From: the human T2T-CHM13v2.0 reference genome, Homo sapiens | NCBI GenBank assembly: GCA_009914755.4 | Contig: CP068257.2 | Location: 33,632,001 to 33,696,000, forward strand | Direction: 5' to 3' | Length of the DNA: 64,000 bases | Part shown: in pieces, positions 12,641 through 31,390 of the stretch | How positions within the stretch are numbered: the stretch's first letter is position 1 | Layout: every line of letters starts with the position of its first letter | Translations under genes and position numbers: made by a program | The notes under the pieces: generated by a model | What the model was told of the DNA's origin: nothing | What the model saw: only the letters and a program-made list of their open reading frames with translations | Database searches by the model: none

Positions 12641-14856
12641 CTCCACCTTCCTAGTCTCTATATATTCCCTGATGATTTTATTTACTACCCTTGATTCAAC
12701 CACCACCTGTAAGATGACCTTTTTATAGGTCACATTGACAGAGACGTCCAACAGGAATTTTATGACTCATAAGCCCCCAAATCTATCTATAACCCACATC
12801 TCTCTCCTAAGATCCAGATAATATACCTAACACAGAGGTAAAAATGGGAGGCCCATGGCTAGATATGGCCTTTTAAACAAAATTAGGGTTTTTAGAAAAT
12901 CAGATATTTTTTATATTGAAATGTATTTTTCCAAAATCTCTTGGAAAAAAAGTGAAGATCTGAAATACAAATCCTGAATTCCTGCAACAGCACCATTCGT
13001 TGAAGCTAAGTATGACCCTACTCTTTAGTCTGAGAACTTACTGATCCTATAATCTCTATCACTCCTTATGTATGACATCTGTTCACTTTACTCAGTGATG
13101 AGTGCTGATAACAACTTAAGTGAATGAATTCTATGATTACATCTCCTGTTATGAACACTACACAACTTGTAATGTAATCTGTGTATGCATTAGCTTTTTA
13201 TCAACCCAGTCATGCTGACCTGAACTGAGTTTGAAGTCAACAAGATCCCTTTTCATAAGGGAAGTTCAATTTATATAGGTCTTTCCATTTTATAGCTGGA
13301 TGATTTTCTGAATCTCAATGCAGACTTACCTAGTTATCCCTAGTAGATTTCATTTCACTGTTTTCAGCTCTTCATCATGGACAACTGAGATATTTTGGAA
13401 TCCCCATTCAGTCACTTACCGCAGTGTCTTTCCTTCTTGATTCTATGTCATTCAGACATCTGACATTATGCATTCTACATTTTCCAATTTAAATGGAACC
13501 AGTCTTTGGTGACAGAGAAGGTGATGCCTAATCAGTATTATCTTAAAATAATTCAGCCTAGGAATAAGTCCTCTCAGATGACATTCTGTCTTCACCTGAA
13601 GCCAGATCAGTGTTCAGAGAACATGACTTTATGATTGATATTTCTATTAATGCCTTCTTGTTGACCCTAGTACTTCTGTCTTTTGACAAATTTTCTAATG
13701 TCGGGAACATGAAGAACATGAATTGATAGTGTCACGAAAAGAATAATAGGCAGAACATGAGGGAAAGGTTTGAGATATGGGTTGGGCTCTGGTTAGTGTT
13801 CAGAATTGGGCGGCCTGCATCGGACTGTCTGATCCAAAGTTTCATTGATTCTTGCCCCTGGGAATGTGAGAATCTGGGAACAGTTTGCAAATGTTTTCAT
13901 ACCCCTCCCATCTTCTTCATCATAAAGGAGCTCATTCATTTAGCTTTCCCTTCTTTTTACTGGCACCTTTTGAAAGAAAGGCAAGAATTAATGTGCATTT
14001 GGGAAACAAAAGTTGCCACGTACATATTTAGATTGTTAAACTATATTCAGAAAAATGAATACTTTTGGCATATATGCGTAAAGATCTTGGATCTATGCCC
14101 TTTTACAATGGGTAGTTACTTGCTTCTCAGCTACACCTCTGATTCTGGAATGAGGAAGAAAGTCTTCATAGTTTAAGAAAGTCTTCATAGTTTAAGAGCC
14201 AAGGACAGCAGAAAACATGGACTGAATGCCTTGAATCAGGGAATATCTCATGCAGTAGTGTGAAAAGCCAGGCATCTTTTGCCTTCAGTTGGTCCAAGAA
14301 GCTCTGAGAGTTAATGTATAGCTTCCCTGAGTTAGGGGTGGTTTCTCTGGCCTATATAGAAGATTTTTAAATGGGCTGCTATTGCTCCTTCCTTCTTTAC
14401 ATTCTTAACTTGGGCTGTTGACATTAACATGTTGTAAGAGAAATCAACAGAAGCCAGTTTAGAGGTTTTAGAAATTATGTCTTTGATGTCTAAGAAAAGC
14501 ATCTCAAACTATTTAAAATATTATATTGTGTTTTTTTATTGAGATATAAAATCTACCACAGAAATAAGCCACTGAACCCACAAAAGGTGCGTCAATTTCT
14601 GTAGAGATGTTTTAGGAAGAATATGATCAAATGTAAGACATGACAATAAAACAGCGTGTGCACAACACTTCTCATCTTCAAAGTATTTTACAAGCATTGC
14701 CTTGTTAATGCTCATGGCTCATCACTGAGATGGCAGGTGTGTGCTATTTATCCCATTCCATAGGTGACAAACCCAAGAAAGGTGAATGGGTCACCTGATG
14801 GAGTGGTATCAGATACTGCTGATACCATGGGCATTGGGGTTGACACAGCATTGAGT

Positions 14857-14952
14857 GTCCAGATGTCCCTTCTGTGACCAGGAAGATTGTCCAGATGTCC
14901 TCATTGTGACCAGGAAGATTGTCCAGATGTCCTTATTGTGACCAGGGAGAGA
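14857..14952. repeat. 32-bp x3 tandem repeat (minisatellite / VNTR candidate)
   Basis: Three consecutive units: GTCCAGATGTCCCTTCTGTGACCAGGAAGATT, GTCCAGATGTCCTCATTGTGACCAGGAAGATT, GTCCAGATGTCCTTATTGTGACCAGGGAGAGA. Confidence 0.85.
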
Positions 14953-15599
14953 CTGTCCTGCTTTTTGAAAGCACCCAGTGCCCTAGCTTCCCTCTTCAGC
15001 CTTCTTCTTCCACTGTTCATTTCTACTTGGGCTTGGAAATCCCACTCATTCCCAGAGCTCAACTATTCTCCATGTGTTGGTACTCCAACATTTAACTTGC
15101 TCTAGATCTCAAGTGCAAGAGCTATATTTCCACCTCTTGATTGTGTTACTTCCTCCGTTCTGTCAGCCTTCCCCAAAAGTCATTTTCTCCACAATTTAAC
15201 TCATTGTTTCTCGCAGATCTTGGGATCTATACCTCTGCTAAAGGTACCATCAAATTCCTTGATTCAAAATCTGAGGTTATTTGCAGAATTTCTCTCTTCC
15301 TCTTCTCTCACAGGGATATTGTCTTTGCTCTGGCCATGACCAAGAGTGTGATTTCAGGAAAGTTTCTTAACCTTCCTGAGCTTCTGTTTTCTCTTCAGTT
15401 TAATAACAACAATAACATGAGGTTACTGTGAGAATTAAAGCACAGAAGAACATCTAGCACATACTACTCAACAGGTGGTAACTAATTACCGCTCAAGTAT
15501 CCCACCCTCAATTTTCCTTTTCTTCACTCCAGCCAGTAGCCTGGTTCAGATCATCTTTCCTTCTATAACAGACAATTTTTAATCACTTGTTGTTATGGA

Positions 15600-16300
<701 letters not shown>

Positions 16301-16436
16301 ACACTTCTAAATAGGTGTCTCTTCCTTTATAATTGCCTCTTCAACAGCACTGTAGTCAGCTATGCAGTGTCCATTCCTCCATTCTTCCTAACTGAAACAA
16401 CTTTTGCAGTAGCAAATGTCTCATTAAAAATAAACA

Positions 16437-16817
<381 letters not shown>

Positions 16818-18032
16818 TTAAAACTATTGCTTTTCTCATAACAAGTGTGATATTCCATTAACATACGAGTTTGAACTTTGCCCTTCCCCCTTCTTGCCTG
16901 AAACTCTGATGCGCTGTTGGGAGGTAGAGCAGCCCTCTCGAAACCTGAGGACTGAAGCATCCACTAAGTGAACAAGGTGGACTCAAGTCCTTGATATTTT
17001 CTCTGACTGTTGTGCCCATCCTAGAATGCCAACCTTGACTTCTTGTTTCATTTGAAAAATAAACTATTTGGCTTTAGTGGTGTTCTGTTGGATGCAGATA
17101 TTACAATCTTAACTGGGAGAGCTTCCAAACTGTTCTCCATGTTACCACCAGAAAAAAAAAAAAAAAAGGCAAGTGACATCTCCATTAGGTCATGCTCCTA
17201 CCCAAACGCTTCCACTGGCATCTCATTGTATATGAAATAAAGTCCAAACCCTGAAGACAACATGAGAATTACTTGCCATCAGCCTCTCTCCTTTCCTGCC
17301 TTGCCTCCTCCACCCCAGCTTCCATTCTCTGCTATACCATCTTTGAAAAACCACCTGTTCACCCCAGACACACCCAGCACCTCCTCACCTTCTTGCCTTT
17401 GCTCTCTGCCTATAAAGCCTCCCTACATCCATCTGCCAAGACATGACTTGTTTTGCAAGTGCCAGCTCAAATGTAGCCTTCCCCTGAGGCAGCAGTGTTT
17501 CTTCTTATAAGGAATCTCTTGCATCTTGGGGCTTCCATGGTACTTTGCTTCCAGCAAAATCCCAGACTCTTTCACATTCTGCTGAGAGTTAGTATGAATG
17601 ACATTGCCGACTGTTGAGGCAGCGTGGTTGTGAGTCAGAGTTCAGGAGCCTCCATGCCCAGCCTGGATCACCCCTAACAGCATGAGGGGCTTAGTACTAA
17701 TTCCTCGAAGGCTCTTTCTCTCTTTTTAGAAACTCTGTAAATTGGGGTAATGATGGTACCTACTGCCTAACAAGCATTGTTGCAATAATTAAAAGAAAAT
17801 ATGCGTGTAAAGTGCTTACAAAGTGACTGCTACATAGCAACTTAATTTTTTTTATCTTCTTTCCTATCTAGATAAGAATTTTTTTGGTAGCAGTTACTGC
17901 CTTATCTGTCTCTCTATAGCCGCTCAGGCTGTAGCATGATGCTGAGTATATGGGAGCCACACAATAACTATTTACTGGGTTAAACCAGTCAATATTTTAA
18001 AATTCCCATTCAAATTCTGTTTTGCACAATGA

Positions 18033-18469
<437 letters not shown>

Positions 18470-20519
18470 TTAATTTATTTATTTTTTTTGTTAACCCATG
18501 CATTATTTTGTTTGTTTCTTAAAGCAAATCTTTGCAATAGGTACCTAAAGAAGTAAACCACTGTATAGTCAATAGAGATTTCAGGTGCTGAGAGATGGAC
18601 TTGTCCTAAGGGGGTTAGAGGCAACAGGGGTTTATGCCCCATGGTAAGGATTCCCTGTCTACTGTTCTTTTCATTAAACAAAGTCCCATGGCAAGAATAA
18701 CCCCTCCAAGCCTACAAGCCCCAGGAGATATTCCCAACAATGAAAACATGCTCAAGGCATTTTGGGTGATGAGGTACAATCAGGAAATTGACAATGCTGG
18801 GTCAATGCAGTGAGTCTTAGCTATGGGATCAGATGGACTTGGGTTCGATTCGCCCAGGGGTTGGTACACTGCCTCTGTGCACCGATATGTGAAATGGGGA
18901 TCTTGATAATCATGTGATAGATTGTCTTAAAGGTCAAAGTAAGCAATATATGTGATGTACATCACATTGCATTGTGGATGCTTGGTAAATTTTATTTCCC
19001 CACCCCTTCACAAGCTTGATAATTAGCACACGTTCATCCAAAAGAAAGAGACAGAGATTTCTTATAAAAAATTGAGTCACATTATTATGGAGGCTGGTAA
19101 GTCCAAAATCTGCAAAATGGGCCCATTGGAGATTCAAGAAAACCGATTGCACAGAGGAAGCCTGAAGGTCATCTACAGGAAAATTCCCTGTTGCTCAGGG
19201 AGGCTGGTCTGTTTCTTTTATTCAGACCTTCAACTGATTGGATGAGGCCCACCAAATTACAGAGGGCAATTTGCCTCACTTAAAGTTCAGCAATGTAAAT
19301 GTTAATCTCATCCCAAGACACCTTCCATGTTGACACATAAAATTAACACAAATACTATCCTAAAAATGCTTGGTGCTTAATGAGGCCAAGAAAATAATTT
19401 CAATTTTTTTAGTAAGTTGCTATTACTTGTAACCAATTACTTCTTCAGAATATACATCAGGTGATGCCTTTCTGTAGATGGATTAGAACCAAAATTGTTG
19501 TTCACATTACTACTGTGGGTTCTGATAAGGAATAAGCATCATGTTACAAAATTTGAGATATTTGTGACTATCTGTAGAGGGTTCTAGGGAAACCATGAGC
19601 CTGCTTGATGCCTTTGTGCAAATTCTTTTTTTTGGCAAATGCTGGCAAGGGCAGTACAGGCTGGATTTTTTCCTTCAGCCATGGTACATGGACAGCTGGT
19701 GACCTCAGACCATTTTGTATGGCTTGTGTATTCCACCACACCATGTATATGAACTGTGGCCTTAGAATACCTTTTAGTCTGAATCAGGTCATGTTCTAGT
19801 CAAGTTGCAACTTAGTGATGCATCATTTATGTCAAAAAAATATGTCAGCTGTACTGATTCACAAGCCGAGCATAATAAATGAGCATAATAAACGAATGTA
19901 AGTAAAATGGAACCTATCCCTGACGTTGGGCAGGTCTTTGCCCTGTTTTTCAATGCATCCTGCCACCTTTCTCAGGAACCCAGTGTACCGTCTTCACCAA
20001 AACACCAGGACATCTCATTATTCCTTGTGTCAAAGCAAAATCTCTTACAGGAAATTTAAGTAAATTCATCATTTTATTCTCTTATGAGTGAAAGGAAACA
20101 AAATGCTTTTTTTCCACATCATGACTACACTGTAAGTTTTAAGATGTGAAGTAAACAGCAATTTGTGCTTGAGCCTAGATGTAGAACATTTTCTCCATTG
20201 GACATCCTTCAGCCTCTTGACCTTTGAAATAAATATCAGAGACAGAACTTCCCCACCCTCTCACAACCATGGTCAGGGTGTGCATGTGAGGAAAGGGGAG
20301 AGTTCTAGCAGCAAGAGCCAAACCAGTCCTGGAGATCACACGGTCAGCCCTCACTGTACCCATGCAAACCACCACCAGTAGAAATAATACAACCATACCT
20401 ACCTCTCACCTGTACAGCACTTCAATTTTCAATAAGCTTAACTCACACTGTCTTCCATAAAGTTCTTGAACACTTATACACCTATACAATCAAACAAAGC
20501 AAAACATACCCAAGCATGA

Positions 20520-23046
<2,527 letters not shown>

Positions 23047-25179
23047 TTTTTAAAGAGGAAGATTTAGTAATTTGCCCACGATCACATCACAAATACGTGG
23101 CAGAACTGGGTTTGAAAACAGATCCTCTTCCATCTTGAGCAATCTTTGGTCCAGATTTCACAGCAGCCACAAGAGGAGTGGGGTGGGACTGCACCCTCTT
23201 TTCTTATTCACACCTCCTCCTCCATTGAGGCTGCAACATAGTTCATTTTCGCCTGACCACCCCCAGATGCAATGGGTTTGCAGGAAAGAAACACATCATT
23301 CAATCAGCTGCCATTTCTCAAAGCCATCTGGAAAGGCTGTGCTGGATTGCACTGAGGTGAAAAGCAAAGCAGTTCTCTCCGATTCCTTCATCCTGCATGG
23401 GTCCAGGCACTTCTGTGCCTCCTTTCCTTTCACCTAAAATCCTTCCTGGATTCACAAGAAATGTGTAATCCACGATGGTCCCTCGCTTTGTCTCACACAC
23501 TAACATCTACATATTTCTGTGGCATCTCATGTTTATTTAGTCTGATGATAATTTTTCATTCTCTTTTTTCTTTTGCTTGGTTCTGTTTGCCTGATGTTTC
23601 CATGCCTTGCCTATATGACTTATGGTGAAACTCTCCAGACGTAATTATTTGGTGTAAATATAATGGCTGAAAATTAATATTTATAGCATTTAAGGAGTGT
23701 TGTATTTTTGTTGTTAATGATGACGTTGTTTCAAAATTTCAAGACTCTCTTTGGATAATTGATGTATTCATATTTAACATGCAATAATATTGCACAAGTG
23801 TATTGGAAAAAGCAAGTGTTGAAATTGTTGGACCAGCTCTTTTTCATTTGACACCTACTCTTTACCCTATTGAACTTCACCTTCTTTGTCTCTGAGCACT
23901 TCTAAACTGCAGAAGACACTTGCAACTCTAAATTCACGTTGACTGTTCCACTAAAGCAACAGAAGTGATATCAAGTAGATTCATATATTTTAAAGGCCAA
24001 AGAGTATTGGTTCAAAAATTGCTCCTTTTTAAAATATACTCCATATGGCCATGGGTTTCTCAAGTAGACCACAGTTTGATTTAAGAACATTTTTCCCTCT
24101 TGAGAAAAACAAAAAACCACACTAACATATCTAGAACATTTTTCCTGCCCTCTCTTTGCACAATACCCCACCTAGTATTATGAGGGATTGTAGGCCTAAC
24201 TAAATACCCCCAACTTACCTTAAGTACACACCCTCCGAACTCCCCAAACCAGTTAGGCCTTATTGAAAGAGTTTTGCCATTCAAACGCCTTCCCAGTTGT
24301 CCTGTCTTAGCCACACCCACAAAACAAATGCAACTGCTCACTCTAGAGCCAGCCGGTGGGCAAATAGAGCTCAGCTTCCAGCCTCTCCCAGGCCAGGCAT
24401 ACATTTGGCCTGAAGCTGTTTTGCTGTTTTGTACAAATGGAAGCCACTCAACTGCTTTTACACCTTATTTTAATGCCTTATTATTTCAAAGGGATCTCTG
24501 TTCTTATTGACAATAATTACTGTTAACTCCCCCATCAAGTTCAAAGGTTTCTGTGATTATGAAACTTCTTCTAAAGACTAGCCGATTAATCCAACTTGTT
24601 ATTAAATTAGAACTATATTCTTGACCTGTTTTAATGGAGGTTTTATTACTGCTTTCCTAATAAGCTTAACTATCACCTTGAAATCACATCAATATTTCTC
24701 TAATCTTTATTATCTCTATTAGGAGTCCATGGGCTCACTCGCTATTAGATAGGCATTTAATGTCTACTATAATCTGGCCCTAAATTATCAAATTCATTTC
24801 AACTCCCTGATTCCCCCACCTCCGCCCACCTGGTCCCCCCTCCTCCTCAATGCACTTGCATCTTCTTGTCCAACCAAATACAGAGCTTTATACTTTGATG
24901 TCTGAACACACGATATGTACATATATCAGCCTCTTTCCTTTACCCTGCAAGCAATGGCCTCTCCCTTCCTTTCTCTGTCCTCTTCCTACCCAGCTCCTCC
25001 AGCCTGCCTTGTTCACTCTGCTCTTGCTCACTCTGCCAAGGCCATAGGATCTTGAAAACGCCTATAGCCTCTCCCACCCATGTGGCACTAGTACACAGAG
25101 TTTAGCACTAATTTAAGACTTGGTGTTTATCTCTAGCTCCTAAGTTCACAGCTAGAAAACAAACTTCAAGGAAGTGGAG

Positions 25180-25370
25180 TTTGCTCCTATGTTATTGTGG
25201 TTTCAAACTTTGACAAAGGAAAGAATCCCTAGACCTGGAATCTGAAGAGTTGGCAGGCAGTAAATAGTTCTAGCGATTTATCAGCTGTATGGTCCTGCAT
25301 TTGCCACTTACCCTTCTCTTGGCCTCAGTGTCTCATTCATAAATTGGAGAAAATGCCTTTTCCGACTACC
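25180..25370 (+). mobile_element. MIR SINE fragment
   Basis: ...CAGCTGTATGGTCCTGCATTTGCCACTTACCCTTCTCTTGGCCTCAGTGTCTCATTCATAAATTGGAGAAAATG resembles the MIR core (GTGACCTTGGGCAAGTCACTTAACCTCTCTGGGCCTCAGTTTCCTCATCTGTAAAATGGG). Confidence 0.45.
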
Positions 25371-28240
25371 TGACTGCATTGCTGCAAGGAGCAGACGTGT
25401 TGCTCAGGCAGAAAACCTTGGAGTTGCTTTGGCTCTCCACTATCTTCTACTCTCAAATCCAAATCATCAGTGAATTCTGCTGGCTCTTCCACCATAGCCT
25501 ATCTTGGCTGAAACCACTTCTCGCCACCTTCAATTTACCCCCTGGCCCTCACCCTATCCCTTCTCAATTGGATTGTTGAAATACCCTCCTAACTCATCTT
25601 CCTGCTTCTACCCTTGAGTGGTGCTCTCTGCAATCTCTTTCATGTGATGTTTCAAAGCCAGTGTCAGAATATCACTGCTCTGCTCAGAACTCTCTAGCAC
25701 CCTATGGTCTAGCTCGGGATAAAGTGCAAAGTCCTGACAGGGTGCCTCTCAGCCCACCTCCTTCTGCTCTCCCTCTCAACCACCACTCTAGCGATTGCCT
25801 CCTCTTGCATCTGGAACATCAGAAGGGCCGAGTTCTGACTTACTTTTGCTTGGCCTGGCATGAACCTCCCCGAGTAGCTGCTCGATTTCCTTTCAGCACC
25901 ACTCTCTGTGTTTTCAGCCCACTTTGACAGGAGACTCTCTGAATGGCCCCTTGAAAAGCACCTTAACCCACCTATCCCCGAACATGCTTTCTTCCTCTTC
26001 AGAGTTCTTATCACCAATGACATAACATGTATTTATGTGCTTATGTCTGTGGTTTCTGTCTGTCTCTGCTAGAACGTTAGCCTCATGAGAGCAGATGCCT
26101 TGTTTGGTTTACTGCCATATCCCCAGCATGAGAGTTCCTGGAACATAGTAGGTGCTCAATAAATACCTATAAAATAAATGAACAAGCGAATGAATGAATA
26201 TAATGGAGTTTATTTGAAACTCTACAGTTTTAATCCACTGTTCTCTACCTTGGTTGTCCATTAAGATCCACTGAGGAATTTTAAAGAATACTGATGTTCA
26301 GAACACACCCTAAACCATTTAAATCAAAATCTATTGGACTGAAGCCCAGGTGTTGGTACTTTTAAAAAACTCCCTAGATGTTTCCAATGTATAACCAAGG
26401 TTGAGACCTATTGCTCTCGAGCATATAAAACAGTATTTGTTTCTAATTGGATTTGCGTTCCCAGCTAGCACCTTGCTAGCTAAGTGCCTTGTACATTTCA
26501 AATACTTCTTGATTGGTTGTTTTTAAAAATGACCACTTTTAATGCATAGAATAGTTTGTGCACTGGGAAAAAAAACCTCAATACTATTTTACTTGGTTAG
26601 ATTTAGATCGGTATCTTATTTGGGGAATGGAACCACAAGAATTGAGTAGCTATTCTCTGCAAGGTACTCTGCCAGTTACTAAAGATACAAATCCCATTTA
26701 ATACCATGTAATGACGATAATATTTTTCATATGGTAAACCAATGTAGTTTTTTTATTCCTTGCAAATCATTTTGCCCTGTGGCTCCCCACAGATTGAATC
26801 AGAGGCATTTATTGCTTCAGGGGAAGGCAGATACTGCCTAAAACAAAGACAACTTTGTTCAGCTTTGAGGAGCAGACTAGATTTGTTAAGCTCAGACGAG
26901 ACAACAGTCTTGAAAGCTAAGCTTGTGGAGAGAGAAAAGAATTTGATAAATACTCAAAGCTTCCCTTTAATCATAAATGAGAAAACTTGTGGGAGTGACG
27001 AGTAAGTTGTCAAACTTTTTTTTATTTCAGGACACCTTTGCAATATTAAGAATTATTAAGGCCCCAGATAACTTTTGTTGGTTTACAGGGGTTATATATT
27101 TATCAGTAGTTACTATATTTATAAATTAAAATTGAGACATGTAAAAATATTTATTAATTCATTCTTATAAGATCAATGTTAAATCCATTACATGTTAACT
27201 TAAGGGATACATTTCTGGGAAATAATTACATTGTCCAAAACAATATGTAAGGAGTGACTTTTTAAAAAAAATATTTTTTGGAAATCTCTTCAATGTCTAG
27301 TTTGATAGAAAGTTAAATTTTTATATCTGCATCTGCATTCAGTCTGTTTCAATCTGCTGTTTTGGTTGAAGTACATGAAGAAAATCCAGCTTCACACACA
27401 TATTTATTAATAGTTCAAAAATGCAAGGTATATTAATCGCCATTTCAGATTATTGTGGAATTATTCTTTGAAAAAAATCCTACTTCTTAATGTTTAGTTG
27501 CCATATGGAATTTCAAACTATAGCAATGAATTTTCATACTTTGATATATTAAACTTAATTTATCCATCTCATGCTTTGAATAGATCTTTTACTCATGTAT
27601 GTTTTTGTAACATTATGTATTGGCCACTTGGAAACTATCAGTTCACTAAGTTATGTAGATCTTTCAAATGTTGACACATTTCATTACTCAATATTTTAAA
27701 AAATCACATTTGTTAATATCACTATCCATGTCATCAGAAATGTCTGTAAGCACTTGGAAGTAAGTTCACAGGGGTGGAAACAAATTTCTAAAATTCTTAT
27801 TTTTGTTGAAAATTCAAATTTTATCATTAGCAACAAATGTTCTCAGCTGTTTTTCTTGAAGTGACAGGCTTGCTTTAATCATTTTCAAGAAAATATCTCC
27901 ATAACACCTACGTTTGAATAACTATAGTTTGTACGTCAGTTATTTTTCAAATAAGAGTGGTGTTTTATGAAAAAGAGGCTAGTTCAGAATACTCACAACT
28001 TGCTTCTGCTTCTTCAGACAACCACTGTGGTCCAGTATGTAGCAGAGGTGGTTTATGCATACTTCCTGTCTGGTTATATAAAATATTAAAAAGATGTGTA
28101 CTCAAGGGATGAGATTTAATAGCATTAATTTTTTTATTGCTTCATGGAGGACATAATTTAATGAAACTGATTTTTTTTAACTGTACATGGATGGCGGAAA
28201 AAATGCAGTGACTACTAGTTGTGTTTAACAGCACTGTCTT

Positions 28241-28539
28241 TTTTTTTTTTTTTTTTTTGAGACAGAGTCTCCCTCTGTCACCTAGGTTGAAGTGTAGTGG
28301 TGCAACCTCAGCTCACTGCAACATCCGCCTCCCGGATTCAAGTGATTCTCATGCCTCAGACTCCTGAGTAGCTGGGACTACAGACATGCACCATCACGCC
28401 CGGCTAATTTTTGTATTTTTAGTAGAGACGGGGTTTCGCCATGTTGGCCAGGCTGGTCTTGAATTCCTGACCCAAGTGATCTGCCCGCCTCGGCCTCCCA
28501 AAGTACTGGGATTACAGGCGTGAGTCACTGAGCCTGGCC
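28241..28539 (-). mobile_element. Alu SINE (minus strand)
   Basis: A T(20) run followed by GAGACAGAGTCTCCCTCTGTCACCTAGGTTGAAGTGTAGTGG...GATTACAGGCGTGAGTCACTGAGCCTGGCC. The 9-bp TSD CACTGTCTT is at 28232-28240 and 28546-28554. Confidence 0.9.
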
Positions 28540-28919
28540 TCATACCACTGTCTTGATTGTTGCTATGGTGCTCATAATTTTACACACCAATATTTTTACA
28601 ACATCAATGAAGAATGTCGACACATTTTTTAAAAGCAAATAATGTCTTTGTATTTATCAAAATCATTTTGTGCCTCATAGACACCCCTGCTAGGGTCTCG
28701 GGGATGCCCAGCAGTTGACATGTCACACTTTAAAGACTCCTGCACTAGACTAATCATAGAGGATGTGATATAAAGGAAGCCCCATTTCTTAAAGGTTTCA
28801 GGAAGAAGGGAAGCTTCTGGTCCCTTAAGCATGGAATGAAAAGTGGAGAGGATATAACTGGCAGGGTGGAGACATGGGCAGAGGCATGGAGTTTGAAACA
28901 ACCAGAAAGATTTGAGGGC

Positions 28920-29210
28920 ATGGCTGGGTGCAGTGGATCATGCCAGTAATCCCAGCACTTTGGGAGGCTGAAGTGGGAGGATTGCTTGAGCCCAGGAGTT
29001 TGAGATCAGCTGGGTAACATAGTGAGACACCCATTTCTACGACAAATAAAAATAAAAATTAGCATGGTGTCATGGCATACACTTGTAGTTCCAGCTACTT
29101 GGGAGGCTAAGGTGAGACGGTTGCTTGAGCCCAGGAGTTTGAGACTGCTGTGAGCTATTATCATGCCACTGCACTCCAGGCTGGGTTGACTTATCTTTTG
29201 TGTAAAAAAA
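28920..29210 (+). mobile_element. Alu SINE (older, diverged; AluJ/S-like)
   Basis: GGCATGGCTGGGTGCAGTGGATCATGCCAGTAATCCCAGCACTTTGGGAGGCTGAAGTGGGAGGATTGCTTGAGCCCAGGAGTTTGAGA...CCACTGCACTCCAGGCTGGGTTGAC. It is in inverted orientation to the Alu at 28241-28539. Confidence 0.8.
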
Positions 29211-29417
29211 ATAAGAAAAGATTTGAGAAAAGTTCCCCAAGGAAGGTTTGTTTCTCACTTCCCAGGGTATAGCCCAGAGGAACATTCACCTCCTGAGAAT
29301 AGCCTGATATTCAGTATGGCATGGGTCCCACATGGTGCTTCCCAAGATGCAGACTGAAAATGACCGGTACATGACACCATACTTAATAGTGAAAGACTGA
29401 ATTATTTTCTTCTAAGA

Positions 29418-30295
29418 TTGGAAACAAGGAAAGGACATCTACTCTCACCACTCTGATTCAACATAATACTAAAAGTTCTAGGCACTGCAATAAGGCAAGG
29501 AAAATTAATAAAATGTATGCAAATTGGAAAGGAAGAAATAAAAACTGTCCCTATTTGCCGATAACATAAATGTCTGAATAGAAAAGCCCAATGAATCTAT
29601 CAAATAACAACAAAAATTTCCTAGAAGTGAATTAAACAAAGTTGCCAGATACCTAATTAATAGACAAAAATCACTTGTATTTATATCTACTAAGAATGGA
29701 CATGTGAAAACTGAACTTAAAAACAGTACTATTTATAATCATGCCAGAGAAATTTAAATATTTTGGTTAAATAAACTTAACAAAACATGTATAAGATCTA
29801 TATGCTAAAAATTACAAGATGCTGATAAAGGAAATCAAACAATGCTTAAATTAATAGAGAGGCATACCATGCTCATGGATTGGAAGAGTCAACATAGTAA
29901 ATACATCAGTTCTTTCCAGCTTGGCCTATAGATTAGATAAAACTTCTATCAAAATCCCAGCAAGATTTCTGTAGGCACAGATAAGCTTATTTCAAACTTT
30001 ATATGGAAAGGCACTAGCCCTAGAATAGCAAAAACAATCTTGACCAAAAAATGAATAAAGTGCAAATAATTAGTACTTGCTATTAATAGTTATTAATTCT
30101 ATATAGCTGTAATATCAAGACAGTGAGGAATAGACAGTGGAACAGAACAGAGAGCCTAGAAATAAACCTACACAAATACGTGCAACTGATTTTTTTTCTC
30201 CTAGAAAGTAAATTCCAGTTGTGATAAAGTATGCACAAAAGAACTAAGAACACAGTGAAATACAATAATTTTAATTCTGACCATGAGTAATTTTT
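29418..30295 (+). mobile_element. Old L1 ORF2 fragment (RT C-terminal region)
   Basis: CTCACCACTCTGATTCAACATAATACTAAAAGTTCTAGGCACTGCAATAAGGCAAGG ([16 protein letters not shown]), ...CTATTTGCCGATAACATAA (LFADDMI-like) and ...CATACCATGCTCATGGATTGGAAGAGTCAACATAGTAAA (IPCSWIGRINIVK-like). The copy is heavily mutated. Confidence 0.7.
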
Positions 30296-30313
30296 AAAAA
30301 TTAAGTACAAGTC

Positions 30314-30960
<647 letters not shown>

Positions 30961-31249
30961 CCTACAACTTCCACCTTCAAACCAGGATGATGTATAAATT
31001 CTGTTTATATTTGTTTTGATGCCCCTGGAAAGAAATCCCAAATTGACTTAACTCAAATCCTCAAAAGACTACCCATTTATGCAAAAGTGACTGAGTTAAT
31101 CTGAAAGAGTGTTTTAAACCAGTTAAAACTAAGATACTCATACTGACCAGTTTGACTTTTCTTCCCCTTTTATAGGGGAACACAGAAGCTCCAAAATGAG
31201 ATCAGTTATGGAAAATAAGGAACATTCTAATTTTTTTTTTTTAGGATCT

Positions 31250-31390
31250 GAGTCATAGCATCTAGGTTCCCATCTTCTCAGCTCCTAACAATCCTAGTTT
31301 CAAGATGAGGAAACTGAGGCTCAGAAACATTGAGAGACTGCCCAATGTCACATGTAAATTCAAGTCTGTCTGCTTTCAAATCCATTTTTT
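31250..31390 (-). mobile_element. MIR SINE fragment
   Basis: ...TTTCAAGATGAGGAAACTGAGGCTCAGAAACATTGAGAGACTGCCCAATGTCACATG..., the MIR reverse-complement core (ATTTTACAGATGAGGAAACTGAGGCACAGAGAGGTTAAGT...CCCAAGGTCACACAG). Confidence 0.6.

Noticed and set aside
13757-14176. 139-aa ORF on the + strand, the longest ORF outside recognised repeats
   Set aside because: It has no recognisable domain or motif, an AT-rich low-complexity composition (FFIIKELIHLAFPSFYW...), no Kozak-like context and no flanking splice or poly-A logic. It lies in CpG-depleted, apparently neutral DNA, so chance is the most likely explanation.
26760-27005. 81-aa ORF (MQIILPCGSPQIESEAFIASGEGRYCLKQRQLCSALRSRLDLLSSDETTVLKAKLVEREKNL...) with a coiled-coil-like C-terminus
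   Set aside because: It is short, isolated and without splice-site or conservation support from sequence alone. It is noted only because its composition is less repeat-like than the others. The evidence is insufficient to call it an exon.
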